A DNA stretch of 64,000 nt from Balanoglossus misakiensis (lineage: Eukaryota; Animalia; Hemichordata). The position numbers were made by a program, and so were the translations under genes. Below are positions 24,101-39,100 of the stretch, in pieces. Below the pieces are notes generated by a model that made no database searches, was not told the origin of the DNA, and saw nothing but the letters and a program-made list of their open reading frames with translations. The DNA lies in NCBI GenBank assembly GCA_040954595.2, contig CM082596.2, positions 3,589,025 to 3,653,024 of the forward strand, given 5' to 3'. How positions within the stretch are numbered: position 1 is the stretch's first letter; each line of letters starts with the position of its first letter.

Positions 24101-27100
24101 CCGGTGAAACACATGTACACGAGACATGCACAGAGAAGAGACAACAGAAAAGCTGTTTTCAAGCTTTTGGTGGGTGCCATGTGTATTTTGTAGCATTCAC
24201 TACCAAACTTGTAAGTGTTGTACTTTCTTGGCTTCTCATGCACACGGTATTTTGTTCAATCCAGCATTCCCCCTTACCATAAGGTGGGCGAGCTTTCTCA
24301 GGACGGCTAGGTTGGCTTGGTTTGCCAGGACCGGCTTTGTTTTCGGCAATAATCCTGAATTCATACTCATTGCGTTCTTTCAGATCCTCAACCACAAATG
24401 TCAGATCTGTCACAGCATCTTTGTTGACTCTGATCCACTTCAAGGTAAAAGCCTCTCTCTTCTCAATGATGTAACCTGTAATCTCGCTGCCACCGTCACT
24501 CAGTGGTGCTGTCCACGTCAGTGTCATGTGAGTTGAATTTATGTCTGACACTTGTGGAGTGCCGGGAGCATCAGGCACCTCTGTGGTAATCAAGTCAACC
24601 ATTATATGTGGTTACTGATGTAACTCAGTAATGTAAAATGTTGGTTATACATTAAGTTTGTATCATGCAAACTGGGTCAAACAGTGATGAATAAAGGTTC
24701 AACAGATTGTGCAAGTTTAGGGTAATTTATATATATATATGTCAAATTGACTTACCAAATGGATGCTTAGCTTTGACTGGTCCACATGTACCACTTGGTT
24801 TGCTCAAACCAGCCTTGTTCTCAGCAAAGACTCTGAACTCATAGTCCTGTCCCTGTGACAGACCCGATACAGTGTATTCGGTTTCAGTTACCCTGTCACG
24901 ATTGACACGGAGCCACCTTGTACTGAAGGCATCTTTACGCTCGATGAAGTAACCAGTGATGGGGGCACCACCATCTGATTCAGGTGGAGCCCACTTCAAG
25001 CTGATTGCTGTTGGAGATGTGCCTGTTACCTCAGGTGTTCCTGGTTGATCAGGTACATCTGTCAAAGAAAAAAACATAAATATAAGTCAGCCTCTTTTGA
25101 TGAACAAGGAAATTTCACAGAGACTGCACATTTGTGTATTAATATGCTCTGTAAAAAAAATATTGACTGACTACCTCGATAAGACAAAATTTCTTACCAT
25201 ATGGTGGTTTAGCAATAACTGGTGAGGTGGAATCACTTGGTTTGCCAACACCAGCTTTGTTCTCTGCAGCCACTCTGAATTCATATTCATTGCCCTCGAT
25301 AAGATCATCAACATCAAACGTTTCTTCTGGGACTCTTCCTATTTGTACCCATCTTGTGCTGAATTTCTCTTTCTTTTCAATCACATAGCGTGTGATGTCA
25401 CTGCCACCATCATTATCTGGCGGTGTCCATGCCAGCGTGAGAGATGATGCGGTCAGGTTGGAGATAACTGGCTTGCTGGGTGCATCTGGTGGGTCTGAGA
25501 AAAGATTTGCATTCGTTATGAAAAACTCTTTCATCTGATGGAGAAATTAAACGTCTCTCTTCATCAATAAGGATGTAGAAGAGCACAAGTAGAACCACTT
25601 TTCCCAAAACAATGAACAGATATTCAAACTGAAAAAAATAACAAGACAGTACATACCATATGGCAACTTAGCCTTGGTTGGACCAGTAGGCTCACTTGGT
25701 TTGCCCACGCCAGCCTTGTTCTCTGCACAGACACGGAAAAGATAATCATTTCCTTCAAACAAGTCTGTCACAGTGTAAGTCAGTTCCAGACAGGTCTCTT
25801 TGTTGACCTTACTCCATCTGTCCCTTCCAACATCACACTTCTCAATGATGTATCCTTCAAGAGGGGCACCACCATCATCTTCAGGTGCTGTCCATTGCAG
25901 AGTTACTGATGTCAGAGTTGTGTCGATCACCTCAGGTTTACCAGGTGCACCAGGTACATCTGTAATAAGTTGAAAACCAAAAACATTAAAATTGATCCAA
26001 TCCAATATCAACTGTTGCCACATATATAAAAGAGTAATCACATGTTTCCAATCACCTTAAAGATTGATCAAATCGGATATTTCATAACACATTGGTTACT
26101 GACATAATTACTTATAACTGAAATTACACTTACTGTATGGTGGTCTGGCCTTGGCAGGATCAGATGGTTCACTCGGCTTGCCAACACCAGCAGCATTCTC
26201 AGCAGAGACTCTGAATATATACTCTGTGCCTTCCACCAATTCATAGACCATCACCGAAGTGTCAGTCACCAGTTCTTCCTTGTGTGCCTTGCTCCATCTT
26301 CGGATATTGACATCACATTTCTCAACAACATAGCCTATAATCTTGGAGCCACCATCATCTTCAGGTGGTGACCATGTTAGCTTCATCTTGTTGGAGTCCA
26401 CATCAGAGACATTAGGTTTGCTTGGTGCACCAGGCACATCTGATGAAAAAGTAATAAAGTGTATTTTTTAAATTTATCTTCCTGCCAGGTGGCAGCCTAT
26501 CTATTAATCACATCTCTAAAATCTCTAAAAACACCAGGAGACAATTGTTTCCCAAGAGATTTTGAATACAGATCAATTCCAAAGTCTTACCATATGGAGG
26601 CTTGGCAACCTTAGTATCAGATGGTTCACTAGGTTTGCCAACACCAGCCTTGTTCTCAGCAGCCACTCTGAACTGGTATTCAGATCCCTGCTTCAAATCA
26701 ATGACAGTATAACTTGTCTCTGTGACCAAAGTCTCCTTCACTCTGGACCACCTGCTGCTGAATCTCTCCTTCTTCTCAATGACATATCCAATGATTGGAC
26801 TGCCGCCATCATCTTCAGGTGGGGTCCACTGGAGTGTCATCTCTGTGGAGTCAACCTTGGTTACATCTGGTTTGCCAGGTGCACTTGGGACATCTGTAAA
26901 TTGGTTCACAAAAAACATTGTCACTTGTTCTGGTTTTCACTTCAATGTACATCATATGCATCATTCAATAATCTTACTTTTCTAATTCCTGGTTGATTGT
27001 ATTACAAGTGCAGTTTGAATACTGTTTGTTTCATGGTAAAAGATTTCACACAGATAAAATGCAATAAAAAGCCATTAGTAGCTCTGCACATCTACAGCAA

Positions 27101-30100
27101 AAAACGAAGTAACAAGGAATGATCTATGACCTACCGTATGGCAGTTTGGCGATTGCAGAATCAGACGGTTCACTGGGTACACCAACACCAGCCTTGTTTT
27201 CTGCAGAGACACGGAAGATGTATGCAGAGCCCTCGATGAGATCTGGTATTGTATAGGTTAGTTCTGACACAGCCATCTTGTTCACCTTAATCCATCTGTC
27301 ACGTTGGGTCTCACACTTCTCAATGAAGTATCCAGTGACTGGTGAACCACCATCATCTTCTGGTGGTGTCCAGGTGATTGTGATTGATGTCTTGCTTGTG
27401 TCTGTCACCTTAGGTTTGCCAGGTGCACCAGGCTCATCTGTGTGTGAACAGTACACCCTATGATTATGATCATGCTCATAATTTAACCCACCATATAACA
27501 CAACCTTATAAGATAATAACAGTATTTGCTATAATAGTGTTATCTAGCACACTGACTGCTTACCATATGGAGGCTTGGCCTTCCTTGGCTGTGTTGGTTT
27601 GCTAGCTGGTCCAAGCCCAGCAGCATTCTCTGCGGAAACTTTGAATTGGTAGTCAGTGCCCTCAGTCAATTCGGTCACATGCAGTGTTGTCTCAGTCACC
27701 AAGTCTTTGTTGACTCTCAGCCATCGTTTCCTGACTGTGTCACATCTCTCGATGACGTAGCCTGTGATTGGTGATCCACCATCTGAATCTGGCGGTGTCC
27801 AGGTCAGTGTCATTTCTGTGCTGTCAACCTTGGTGATCTCCGGTGTGCTTGGAGCGCCTGGAACATCTGGAAGTTAAGACAATCGCAATTTAATCTTTGA
27901 TATGACACTAACATCATTTTAATCTTTAATATCACATTTGCAAAGATGTGATTTCATGAAGGTCAAAAGGACTATCAGTAGTACTTGAAACAATCAAAGG
28001 ATTTATTTTTTTATAAGCAGTAAATTTATTAGTATTACACATTAAAAGCATTCACAAAATCCCTGACCTGCCATATTTATAAATATAGGGTACAGCTAGA
28101 ATTCTACATTATAACAAATTGCATAGCACTTACCATAAGGTGGCTTAGCTCTCGTTGGTTCAGATGGTTCACTGAATTTGCCAACACCAGCTTTGTTCTC
28201 AGCAGCTACTCTGAATTCATAATCAGCTCCTTCATTTAGACCATTGACAATGCATGTCAAATCAGGCACTTGATCCCTGGTTGCTTTGATCCATCGGGAG
28301 GAAATCAACTCTTTCTTTTCAATCACATAGTTGAAGATATCTGCATCTCCGTCCCATTCCGGTGGGGTCCAGGTCAGTTGCATCTTGGTACCACTGATTT
28401 GAGTAACTGATGGTTTACCAGGAGCATCAGGTGCATCTGTGAAGAGAAGTTTGAGTTTCGATAATTAAAACTGACATTAACAATAAATGCAGTGTAACAG
28501 TGCATTTGAAATGCAATGTTTACTACATTTGAACTTCAAGATCTTGTATTTATATAACCTAGAAATAATATTGGCTTCATTTATTTGAAGTTCAACCTGA
28601 TTATGTCTGCAGACACAAATGCATGCTTCAAAAGTTCATAAGAACAACCACCATGCAAAGACATATTGAAGTATCTCTGCTTACCATATGGTGGTTTAGC
28701 TTTCTGTGGTTTAGAAGGCTGACTGGGTTTACCAACGCCAGCTTTATTCTCAGCGCTAACTCTGAATTCATAGTCAGTGCCCTCAATCAGCCCTTTGACT
28801 CTGAACGTAGTCTCAAGGACCAAATCTTTATTTGCTTTAACCCATCTGGTGCTTGTCACATCTTTTCTTTCAACAATGTATCCAATGACTGGGCTGCCAC
28901 CATCATTGTCTGGTGGTGTCCAGGACACCGTCATTGATGTACTGTCAACTTCACTGACAGTTGGTCTGTCTGGTGCATCAGGCACATCTGTTACACAACA
29001 TGAATTGCATGGTTATCAATGAACACATAGGAGGCCAGAGAAGAACACAGTGTTTAATCCACTCTCAGCTGTCATACAAGTGCACCTACAAGCAGTGGCA
29101 GTGTGTTACTTCACCGTCAACAAATTCTCTTAGTGATGTCACCTTAACAATGATATCACCTAAACATTCAGATATCATCCAAACCCCCAAATTTCACCCA
29201 TTCACATACTCAATCAACATAACATTAACTTGTAACTCGGAAGAACTGGTAAACATGTTAGGAGTTAAAGCACCTCATAGCTTTTTTGATCAGTACAGCT
29301 CACAACGCATACAACAAACGCTCAATAAACAGCCACACATATTTTTTGGAATATTGACAGAGCTACTGTACAAAAAATAAATAAATGCATCAATGAAGTT
29401 ATTTCTGATTAGTGATTATCAGTCTTTTTTTGAAAATGTCAATTTTATTCATAAATCATGCTATACATGCTGCTATCTGATTTCATCTCAGTTGCCATTC
29501 TTACCATATGGAGGTTTGGCAACTCTGGGATCTGATGGTTCACTCGGTTTACCAAACCCTGCCTTATTCTCAGCACTGACTCTGAATGTATACGTCTGAC
29601 CTTCAATGAGGTCAATGACTTTGAATGTTGTCTCAGTAATGGTGGTTCTGTTCGCCTTGGTCCATCTGTCTCTGCTGGTGTCACATTTTTCAACCATATA
29701 ACCAGTGATGGGGCTACCACCATCTTCTTCTGGTGGTACCCATGTTATTACCATGTATGTCTTGTCAGTCTCGGTCACATCTGGTTTGCCAGGTGGACCA
29801 GGGATGTCTGAAAGGCAGTGGTTTACAAAATGTTAACACAGCTGTCTTCTATGTATGCATATTTTTATTCGCAAAATTGACAACTGACATAACACAAAAA
29901 AGCTCGTCCTAGGCTGTCATTAGAACACATGAATTTTGAACATGACTAGAGTAGTAACAAAGGCCTACTTACCATATGGCGGTTTAGCAACTCTTGGTGC
30001 TGATGGTTCACTTGGTGGACCAACACCAGCTTTGTTCTCTGCAGACACTCTGAACTGATATTCAGTACCCTCTGTGAGGTCGGTGACCTTATATGATGTC

Positions 30101-33100
30101 TCTGGTACTTTCTTGATAACTTTCTTCCATGTTGTGGCATAACCCTCTTTCTTTTCAATGACGTAGTTGGTGATCTCAGCACCTCCATCGTCTTCTGGTG
30201 GTGACCATGTCAACATCATCCATGTACTGTCAGCGGATGTGACAGAAGGTGTGCCAGGTGCTCCTGGAACATCTACAGAGAAATAAAAGAATGATTATTG
30301 AATCTGTTTAAAAATGCAATTACACATGGCAAAAGATGTACAAGTAACACAGAACTTGCTTCTGAAATATTGAAAGGGTTATAGTGGTCAAAGACAAGAA
30401 ATACTTCTTACCGTATGGTGGTTTGGCAACTCTTGGTTCTGATGGTTCACTAAATTTGCCAACACCAGCCTTGTTCTCAGCAGCCACTCTGAACTGATAT
30501 TCCGTTCCCTCAATCAAGTCAGTCAGCCTGAAAGTCTGTTCAGTGACCTTCTCACGGGTAGCTCTGGTCCACTTAATACTGTAGGTGTCTTTCTTTTCAA
30601 TGATGTATGCAGTGACTGGTGAACCACCGTCATTTTCAGGGGGTGTCCAGGTAAGGGTCATCTTGGTAGCATCAACATCTGAGATATCTGGTTTTCCTGG
30701 TGCTTCAGGCACATCTAATTGAAAGGGACAAAAATACACAAATATTTATTGCATACACAACAGTATTCACTTCCACAATTAGCCAACATTAAATTAAAAC
30801 ATATCTGGTAATTGGACAATTGTAAAGCTATCAAAGTTTGACTTACCATATGGTAGTTTGGCAACCTTTGGTTCTGATGGTTCACTCGGTTGACTCTGTC
30901 CGGCTTTGTTGACAGCAATGATTCTGAATTGGTAGGTACTGCCCTCAAGTAGCTCTGACACATTAGAAACAGTATCAGTGATCAGCTGCTTGTTGTATCT
31001 CACCCATCTGTCTCTGGCTATGTCATTACGTTCTATGATGTAACCAGTTATAGGTGAACCGCCATCATTCTCAGGTACTGTCCATGTGACTGACATCTCG
31101 GTTCTGCTCACATTACTTGCTTCAGGTTTGCCAGGTGGACTTGGAACATCAATTGGATCTCTGGCCTCAGTTATTTCAGATGGTGCACTCGGCTTTCCAT
31201 AACCAGCTTTGTTTTCTGCTGTGACGCGGAACTCATATTTGGTTCCTTCTATGAGCTCTGTTACCAAATAAGTTACTTCTGTGGCTTTTTCGGTTACGAC
31301 TGTCCAAGTTCCAAGCCTTTCTTTCTTCTCAACCTTGTAGTTAGTGATGGGAGAACCACCATCATTTTCTGGTGGTGTCCATGTGAGCTTCATGCTAACT
31401 GCAGTGACTTCAGAAACCACTGGTTTACCTGGTGCTCCAGGTACCACTGTGAAATATTACAAAAATGCCATTATTAAATTACACTCAAAAGAAAAATTTA
31501 ACGGCATAAATATAACAAGTGGACTTGAAATTAGGACAAAAGAACTGCTGTACTTACCAAATGGTGGCTTAGCGACAACGGGGTCTGATGGTGCACTTGG
31601 TTCAGATTCTCCAGCTTTGTTTTCAGCTCTGATGCGGAACTGGTACTCTTTACCTTCTATAAGACCTCTGACATCATAAGTCAGCTCTGTAATCTTCTCT
31701 TTTGTGACCCTGCTCCAGCGAGTAGCATAGGTGTCTTTGCTTTCGATGATGTAACTGGTAATTTCACTGCCACCATCGGACGCAGGTGGTGTCCAGGTTA
31801 TAGTCATTGATGTGGCCATCACATTTGATACCACAGGTTTACCAGGAGGCTCAGGGATATCTGTTGTGACATTTAGTCGGAGGTGTCAACATCTTGCAGT
31901 TTTTACTGCCTTAATTAATACTTACCTCAAACACATGCATAAAATGCTGACCACACCAACACGTAGCCAAGAGATGTTTATCTTCAAAAACTTCAGCCAT
32001 ACTATGTTATATTTGCTTCAGTTGACTGAGCAACATCACACTTCTATATAGATGCACTTGATATAGCCAAAGCGTTATATGCTCTGCCACTCAAAAATAT
32101 CTGCTTGTTGCACATCACACCCACAGACAGACTTAATGATTAAACTCAGTCACATCTCCACACACACAGTCAGCAAAACACTGATGCATGTTACTCAACT
32201 GGCCTCCAAAATGCAGTATTGATAACCACGTACATGTATTAGACAGACCAATGTATCATATAACTGTATTAATTTAATTCAACCCTCAACAATCTATTAT
32301 TACTATAGCTATTAGCCTTACTGCCTTGAACAACGGTATTGTAAGTTCAAACAAAATGAGTTACCAGTATGTTAATAATAAGTCGAGCAGGGGAAGGCAC
32401 CACTTTCTTACCATATGGTGGTTTCGCTTTTCTGGGTTCAGATGGTTCGCTTGGCTTGCCAACACCTGCATCATTCTCAGCGCTGACTCTGAATTCATAA
32501 GTGCTGCCTTCAGTGAGACTGTTGACGGTGAAGCTAGTCTCCTTGATGGCTTCCTTGTTGACCTTTGTCCATCTTTCTCTGGTGACATCACGTCTTTCAA
32601 TGTGGTAGCCTGTGATTGGCGATCCACCGTCATTTTCTGGAGGTGACCATGTTAGGTGCATTGTGGCTGCTGTTACTTCACTAACATCTGGACGACTTGG
32701 CGCATCAGGGACATCTGGGATAACAATAAAACATTGATGTTAACATTGATATTGTTTACTTTAATCCTAAAGATGAACTGGTATTATCTGTACAAAGCAC
32801 AAAAATTGGACTTCAGTGAGTGAAAACATCTAGCTTACTTTAGAACATTAAAGTTGCTAACTTCTGGTGCAAAAAATGCAGAATGTTTGGGACAAAACAA
32901 CTGGCTACATAATAAAACCAAGTTCTTGCAAAGAAATACAAATACTTACCATATGGTGGTTTAGCCAATGTTGGCACACAGGGTTCACTAGGTGGACCAG
33001 TGCCAGCTTTGTTGTTAGCAGCAACACGGAACTGATACTCATTTCCGTCAGTCAGGTTGGTGACCTTGTAGGTCAACTCGGATACTGCCATGTCATTCAC

Positions 33101-36100
33101 CTTGGTCCAGCGGCTACTGTATTTCTCCTTCTTTTCAATGAAGTAACCGATGATTGGTGATCCACCATCAGAGTCTGGTGCTGTCCAGGTCAGTGTCATC
33201 ACTGTTCTGTCAACATCACTGACAGTTGGTTGACCAGGTGGTCCTGGAACATCTGTATTAAACAAAAACATTTTAAACTGACTGACTCAAACACTGAGAA
33301 ATGTAATATCAATCTGACAGATCAAGTCTTAAAAAAGTTAAAGTATTCAGGTTAAAATAGCCAGTTGGTCACCTTTCAAATTTTGTCCCTTCAATATACT
33401 TGAGATAGTCACTGCTAACAAAGTGTAATAAAAAGAACCTGGTAACACCAAGCACATAATTTTGTGTCACTAAACATACCATATGGTGGTTTGGCCACTC
33501 TTGGATCAGATGGTGGGCTAGCAGGGCCAACACCAGCCTTGTTTTCAGCACTGACACGGAACTCGTATTCATTGCCTTCAATGAGATCATAAATGGTGAA
33601 CTCTGTTTCAGAGATGGTGATGTCTTTGTTGGCTTTCACCCATCTGCTTGAAGATCTTTCCTTCCTTTCAATGACATAGTTGAAGATCGGGCTGCCTCCA
33701 TCGCTCTCTGGTGCTGCCCAGGTCAATTTCATTGATGTCTTCTCCAGGTTCTCCACTTCTGGTTTACCAGGTGCTTCAGGTACATCTGGGGAAATATTCA
33801 AAATTTAATTAACACCAAGACTGATTAGATCATACCTTTTCACAAACTTGGGCACAGGATACAGATTTTTACAGCACATGCCAGAGAAGAATTATGCAAA
33901 AGCACACACATTTCGTGTCACTGACAAGTCAACACAACAGACAAATGAACATCTCTAACGAGATTGTTGCACACTGCTAGACGCCATCTAATTCCTCTGG
34001 GTTGTACTTCCAGTACATCTGTTCACACTCCATGCAGTTTGCCAGCACCTCTTACCATAAGGTGGTTTAGCGACCCTGGGTTCAGATGGCTGACTGTATT
34101 TGCCAACACCGGCCTTGTTCTCGGCAGCCACTTTGAAGATGTATTCGTTTCCTTGAAGCAAGTCTGTGACTCTCAGAGTCAGTTCTGTCACAAGTTGTCG
34201 GTTCACTCTGGTCCATCTGTCGCGGCTTGTGTCGCACTTCTCAATCACATAGCCAAGGATATCACTCCCGCCATCAGACTCAGGTACAGCCCAGGTGATG
34301 GTCATCTCAGTACTGTCAGCAGATGTGACTTGCGGCTTACCAGGTGCAGATGGTACATCTTTTAAGAAATATGAGTTTCATTGTGTTTAGATGATGGATA
34401 ATAGGAATGAAAGGAAAGAGTTGAGAGATAGAATGAAAATGCAGCAGGATTTGGGCTTAGCTGGGAAACTTACCATAAGGTGGCTTAGCAACCTTTGGTT
34501 CAGATGGTTCACTAGGTGGACCAACACCAGCTTTATTCTCAGCAGATACCCTGAATACATATTCTAATCCCGTTTTGAGATCAGTGATAGTGTGAGTGGT
34601 GGTTGTGATGGTGTCTTTGGTGGCTCTGGTCCATCTGGTAGCAGAGTGCTCTTTCTTTTCAATGATGTAGTTTGTGATTTCAGCACCTCCGTCTGACTTT
34701 GGAGGAGTCCAAGTCAGTGTCATCTTAGTGCTGTCAATGTCAGAGATGTCTGGTCTGCCTGGGGCAGAGGGTTTGTCTGGGGGTAAAGAAGATAAGATAG
34801 AGTGTATATCCTGCAGCATATCGCTTGACTTGAAAGAATAAAAGTTTGTTTTGAAAAGTGGTGTGCATGTATTCCGCAAATCTGAATGTTTGCAATGAAT
34901 CCACTTCCAAAGATGTGTGTATATGAAACAAAGAACAGATTGGCTGTTTTCAGTCTGGACTGAAACAGATAGATAGAATTGAAAAGATATGAAATGAATG
35001 AAGCCAGGTGCATGGTTAGAGAGATGCAAACCATGCACTTACCATAAGGTGGTTTGGCAAGTCTAGGTTCTGATGGTTGACTCGGGTTGCCAACACCAGC
35101 AGCATTCTCTGCAAAGACACGGAACTGATACGTGGACCCTTCTGTCAGCTCGGAGATTGTATAAGTCAGCTCAGTCACTTTTTCTTTGTTGACTTTTGTC
35201 CAGCGACCACCTTCTTTCATTTTTTCGATGAAATATCCAGTGACCTCACTGCCGCCATCGTCTTCTGGTGGTGTCCATGTTATTGTCATCTCAGTGGCAT
35301 CAACGTTAGTCACGTCAGGTTTGCCAGGAGCTCCTGGGGCATCTTTAGGAAGAGTATTTGACAGTCGCAATAGGATGTCAGTGACCGAGGCTCAAAATTT
35401 TAAAATAACACAGCTTTCAGCATCTACTTTCTAATACTTTAAAGCATTTTTCTATATACTGCAAGCACATTGTCAAATATGCTTCTTTACTAATGCAATT
35501 AACACTGAGAACAGCATATCCTGTTCACAAGCCAACACACTTCTATCAGGGAGTTTAATGCCAGGATCTACTGCATCTCTACTGGGAATGTTTGCTGTAT
35601 ACACTTGCAACACTGTAACACCAAAGAATGGTATTGAAATGTCATGCACATTGGCAAACAAAATTTGACACAAACACAGGGATGCAGCCAGCAGCAGGAT
35701 CAGGACAGCTATGCCTAGAATTCTATGGGTTTAATAGCTCCAATATGCCATGCCTAAAACCGACCCAATCACTCACCAAATGGTAACTTAGCAACAGCAC
35801 TGTCAGAAGGCAGGCTAGGTGGGCCAACACCAGCCTTGTTTTCAGCACTAACTCTGAATTCGTACTCAGAGCCTTCAATGAGGTCAGTCACAGTAAATGT
35901 TGTCTCTGTGACAGCTTCTTTGGTCGCCTTGGACCATCTGTCTCTGGCAGTGTCACGTTTTTCAATGACGTAGTTGGTGATTGGTGAACCACCATCAGAT
36001 GCAGGTGGTGTCCACCTGATGGTTATCTTTGTTGGCATTGTTCCTGTTACCTCTGGTTTACCAGGTGCTTCAGGTACATCTGGTGGTGGGGTACATGACA

Positions 36101-39100
36101 TTCAGTTTAAACATAGAACAGTCTCAAAACAAAACAGTCTTTTCTCAATGAGCTTAAGAAACTTGAACCCCACTCCTTTAATCCATGACCAGGGTGGGTG
36201 ATAACTTAAAACACCGTTTTAGAATTGAATATATGTATGAACCATACATACCAATTACTATTGTGACAAATTATGAGAAATCATGAGTTTGAATAAACCA
36301 TGCAACATTTCTACTGTGACAAATTACTACTAACCATATGGTGGCTTAGCCTTGGTGGTATCTGATGGTGCACTGAATGCTCCTTGACCAGCTTTGTTCT
36401 CTGCAGCCACTCTGAACTGGTAATCACTGCCTTCTAAAAGCTCAGTGGCGGTGAATGTGAGCTCAGTGACCGATTCCTTGTTGCAACGCACCCATCGCTT
36501 TCTACTCACATCACAGCGTTCAATGACATAGCCAGTGATTGGTGAGCCGCCATCGCTTTCAGGCAGAGCCCAAGTGATGGTGATCTGGGTGCTGTCTACA
36601 GCTGTGATCTCTGGTTTGCCAGGTGCACTTGGTGGATCTGACGAATCAAGGTGCAAGATGCAAGTGACTGTGCTTTTAAATTGTATGTGAGATATACAGC
36701 CATATCAAAAAATTGTCTGAAATTAGAACTCAGGACAAGATCTCAATAGTCATCTCAAAGTTTAAAATGAGAAAGACCCAAGAGTCAAATGATTAACCAG
36801 ATTTTCAATTTAAACTGAATATACCAAAAGTAATGATTCAAGAACAGAACCAGACAATATTTCATTATGGCTGTAATATTGTTGAATGGACATTACTGTG
36901 AATAATCATAACACTACAAAAATGTGTGGTGAAAAAGTGACAAGCACTGAGCACTTACCATATGGTGGTTTGGCAACTTTGGGTTCTGTTGGTCCACTTG
37001 GGGCACCGTATCCAGCCTTGTTTCTTGCAGTCACTCTGAATTGATAGGTAGAGCCTTCAGTCAGTTTCTTGACAGTGTACGTCAGATCTGTGACATCTTC
37101 GGTGACAATCTTCCATTTCTTGGAAGTGGTTTCCTTGGACTCAATCATGTAATCGGTCACCTCTGCACCACCGTCATTTTCAGGAGGCGTCCAGGTCAGA
37201 TGCATGGTGGATTCAGTGATGTCTGAGACTTCAGGAGTACCAGGTGGTCCCGGTACATCTGTGAAGTGTCAAAGAATTGATTTTAGCACAGCATTGTAAG
37301 CATCCAGCAAGATTGTTTCAAGAATGACAGTCCAAATGAAGCCTTACTTTGCTGGTTTGTTTAGTGATTGCTAGTTGCATATTGATGTTAATGCTGCCAA
37401 AAAATAGTTATGGCAACATGTTAATATGATAATTATACTCCACTTTCTCCACTTACCATATGGTGGTTTAGCCTTGTGTACATCCGATGGTTCACTGGCC
37501 GGTCCAACACCAGCCTTGTTTTCAGCACTAATCTGGAACTGGTAGTCATTTCCTTCCACCAAGTTGGTGATCTCAAAGGTTGTCTCCAAGACAATATCCT
37601 TTGTCACTTTAGTCCACCTGGTACTGAAGTTATCTCTCTTTTCAATGATGTAGTTAGTGATGGGAGAACCGCCATCAGACTCAGGTGGGGTCCATGTCAC
37701 TGTCATCTTGGTAGCATCAATGTCACCAACAGTTGGCTTGCCTGGAGCACCAGGAGGATCTGTGTTGTGATGAAATAGTAAAAAACTCAGAGAATGCTGA
37801 AAATTCTATTACATTTAACCACTGGCCATTTGATTCAAACAGGCATTTGGATACAATTCCTTCGATATAGTACTTGCCTAATGGCTAATGCTATGTCGCG
37901 AATTGTATCCATGTATGCCCGACTGTGGCGGGGTTGTTGCTTAAATACTCAATGATCACTTACCATATGGTGGTTTGGCAATTCTAGGTTCAGATGGCTC
38001 ACTAGCAGGGCCTTGTCCAGCAGCATTTTCTGCACTGACTCTGAATTGGTAGGTGTTGCCCTCCACAAGATCTTTCACAGCGAAAGTGGTTTCTGTCACC
38101 GTTTCTTTGTTACTCTTCACCCATCTGCCTCTACTGACATCACATCTTTCAATGATGTAACCAGTGATGGGAGAGCCGCCATCGTTCTCTGGTGGCGTCC
38201 ATGTCACTTGTATTGTTCTGTGGTCAATGTTCTCCGTCTCTGGTTTGCCAGGTGCTTCTGGCACATCTGTAATGACATGACATGTAACTTACAAATGTTG
38301 CTCTGTGGCTAATGGGTTTTGGTAAATGAAGCTGGAAGCCATATAAATTAAGCATACAGTTCAAGTAGGGTAAACAAAGAATGTATACTTTAACTTACCA
38401 TAAGGTGGTTTGGCAATCTGTGGTTCAGACGATGGACTGGGTTTACTAGGCCCAGCAGCATTCTCTGCAAACACCCTGAATATATATGTGTTGCTTTCAA
38501 TCAGGTCAGTAACTGTGAGGGTGAGTTCTGTCACCGCATCCTTGTTCACTCGCATCCATCTGTCTCTGGCTACATCACATCTCTCCACCAAGTAGCCAGC
38601 CACTGGGCTGCCACCATCAAACTCTGGTGGTGTCCAGGTAACGGTCATCTGGGTGCGGTCAACTTCTGAAACCTCTGGTTTGCCAGGTGGCATTGGCACA
38701 TCTGGTGAATAATGATGGAAATGTAACTGATTAGCAAATACAATAACTAAGATGGTGCACATTTAGTACATATTTTATTTCAATGTCTATAGAAACCTCA
38801 AAAACAACTGAGTTTCATCACAAAATAAAACTTACCAAATTGGTGCTTGGCAATAATAGGAGATGTTACAGCTGGTTCCCCAGTGCCATGTTTGTTGACA
38901 GCACTGACACGGAACAGATACTCATTACCCTCCAGGAGTTTACCGACAGTGAAGGTCAGGTCTGTGGTTGTTCCAGCCTGTGTGTATGACGGTCTCTTCA
39001 TGTCACGCTTCTCAATCAGATACTCTGTCACTGGACTGCCACCGTCATCTTCAGGAGGCTCCCAGGTCAGTGTCACTGTCTCAGGTGTGATCTCCTTCAG

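Larger units (their letters stand above)
18350..24669 (-). promoter_or_regulatory. Cluster of intronic UGCAUG (Rbfox-type) splicing elements
   Basis: About 17 catgca on + strand (TGCATG on the sense strand) counted by eye in ~3.2 kb of intron. Confidence 0.6.

Noticed and set aside
23705-24196. 163-aa minus-strand ORF inside an intron
   Set aside because: No domain, intron-like composition, no convincing in-phase splice sites
335-35370. Hydrophobic F/L/S-rich N-termini on ORF-track proteins that look like signal peptides or TM segments
   Set aside because: Translations of intronic polypyrimidine tracts upstream of acceptors
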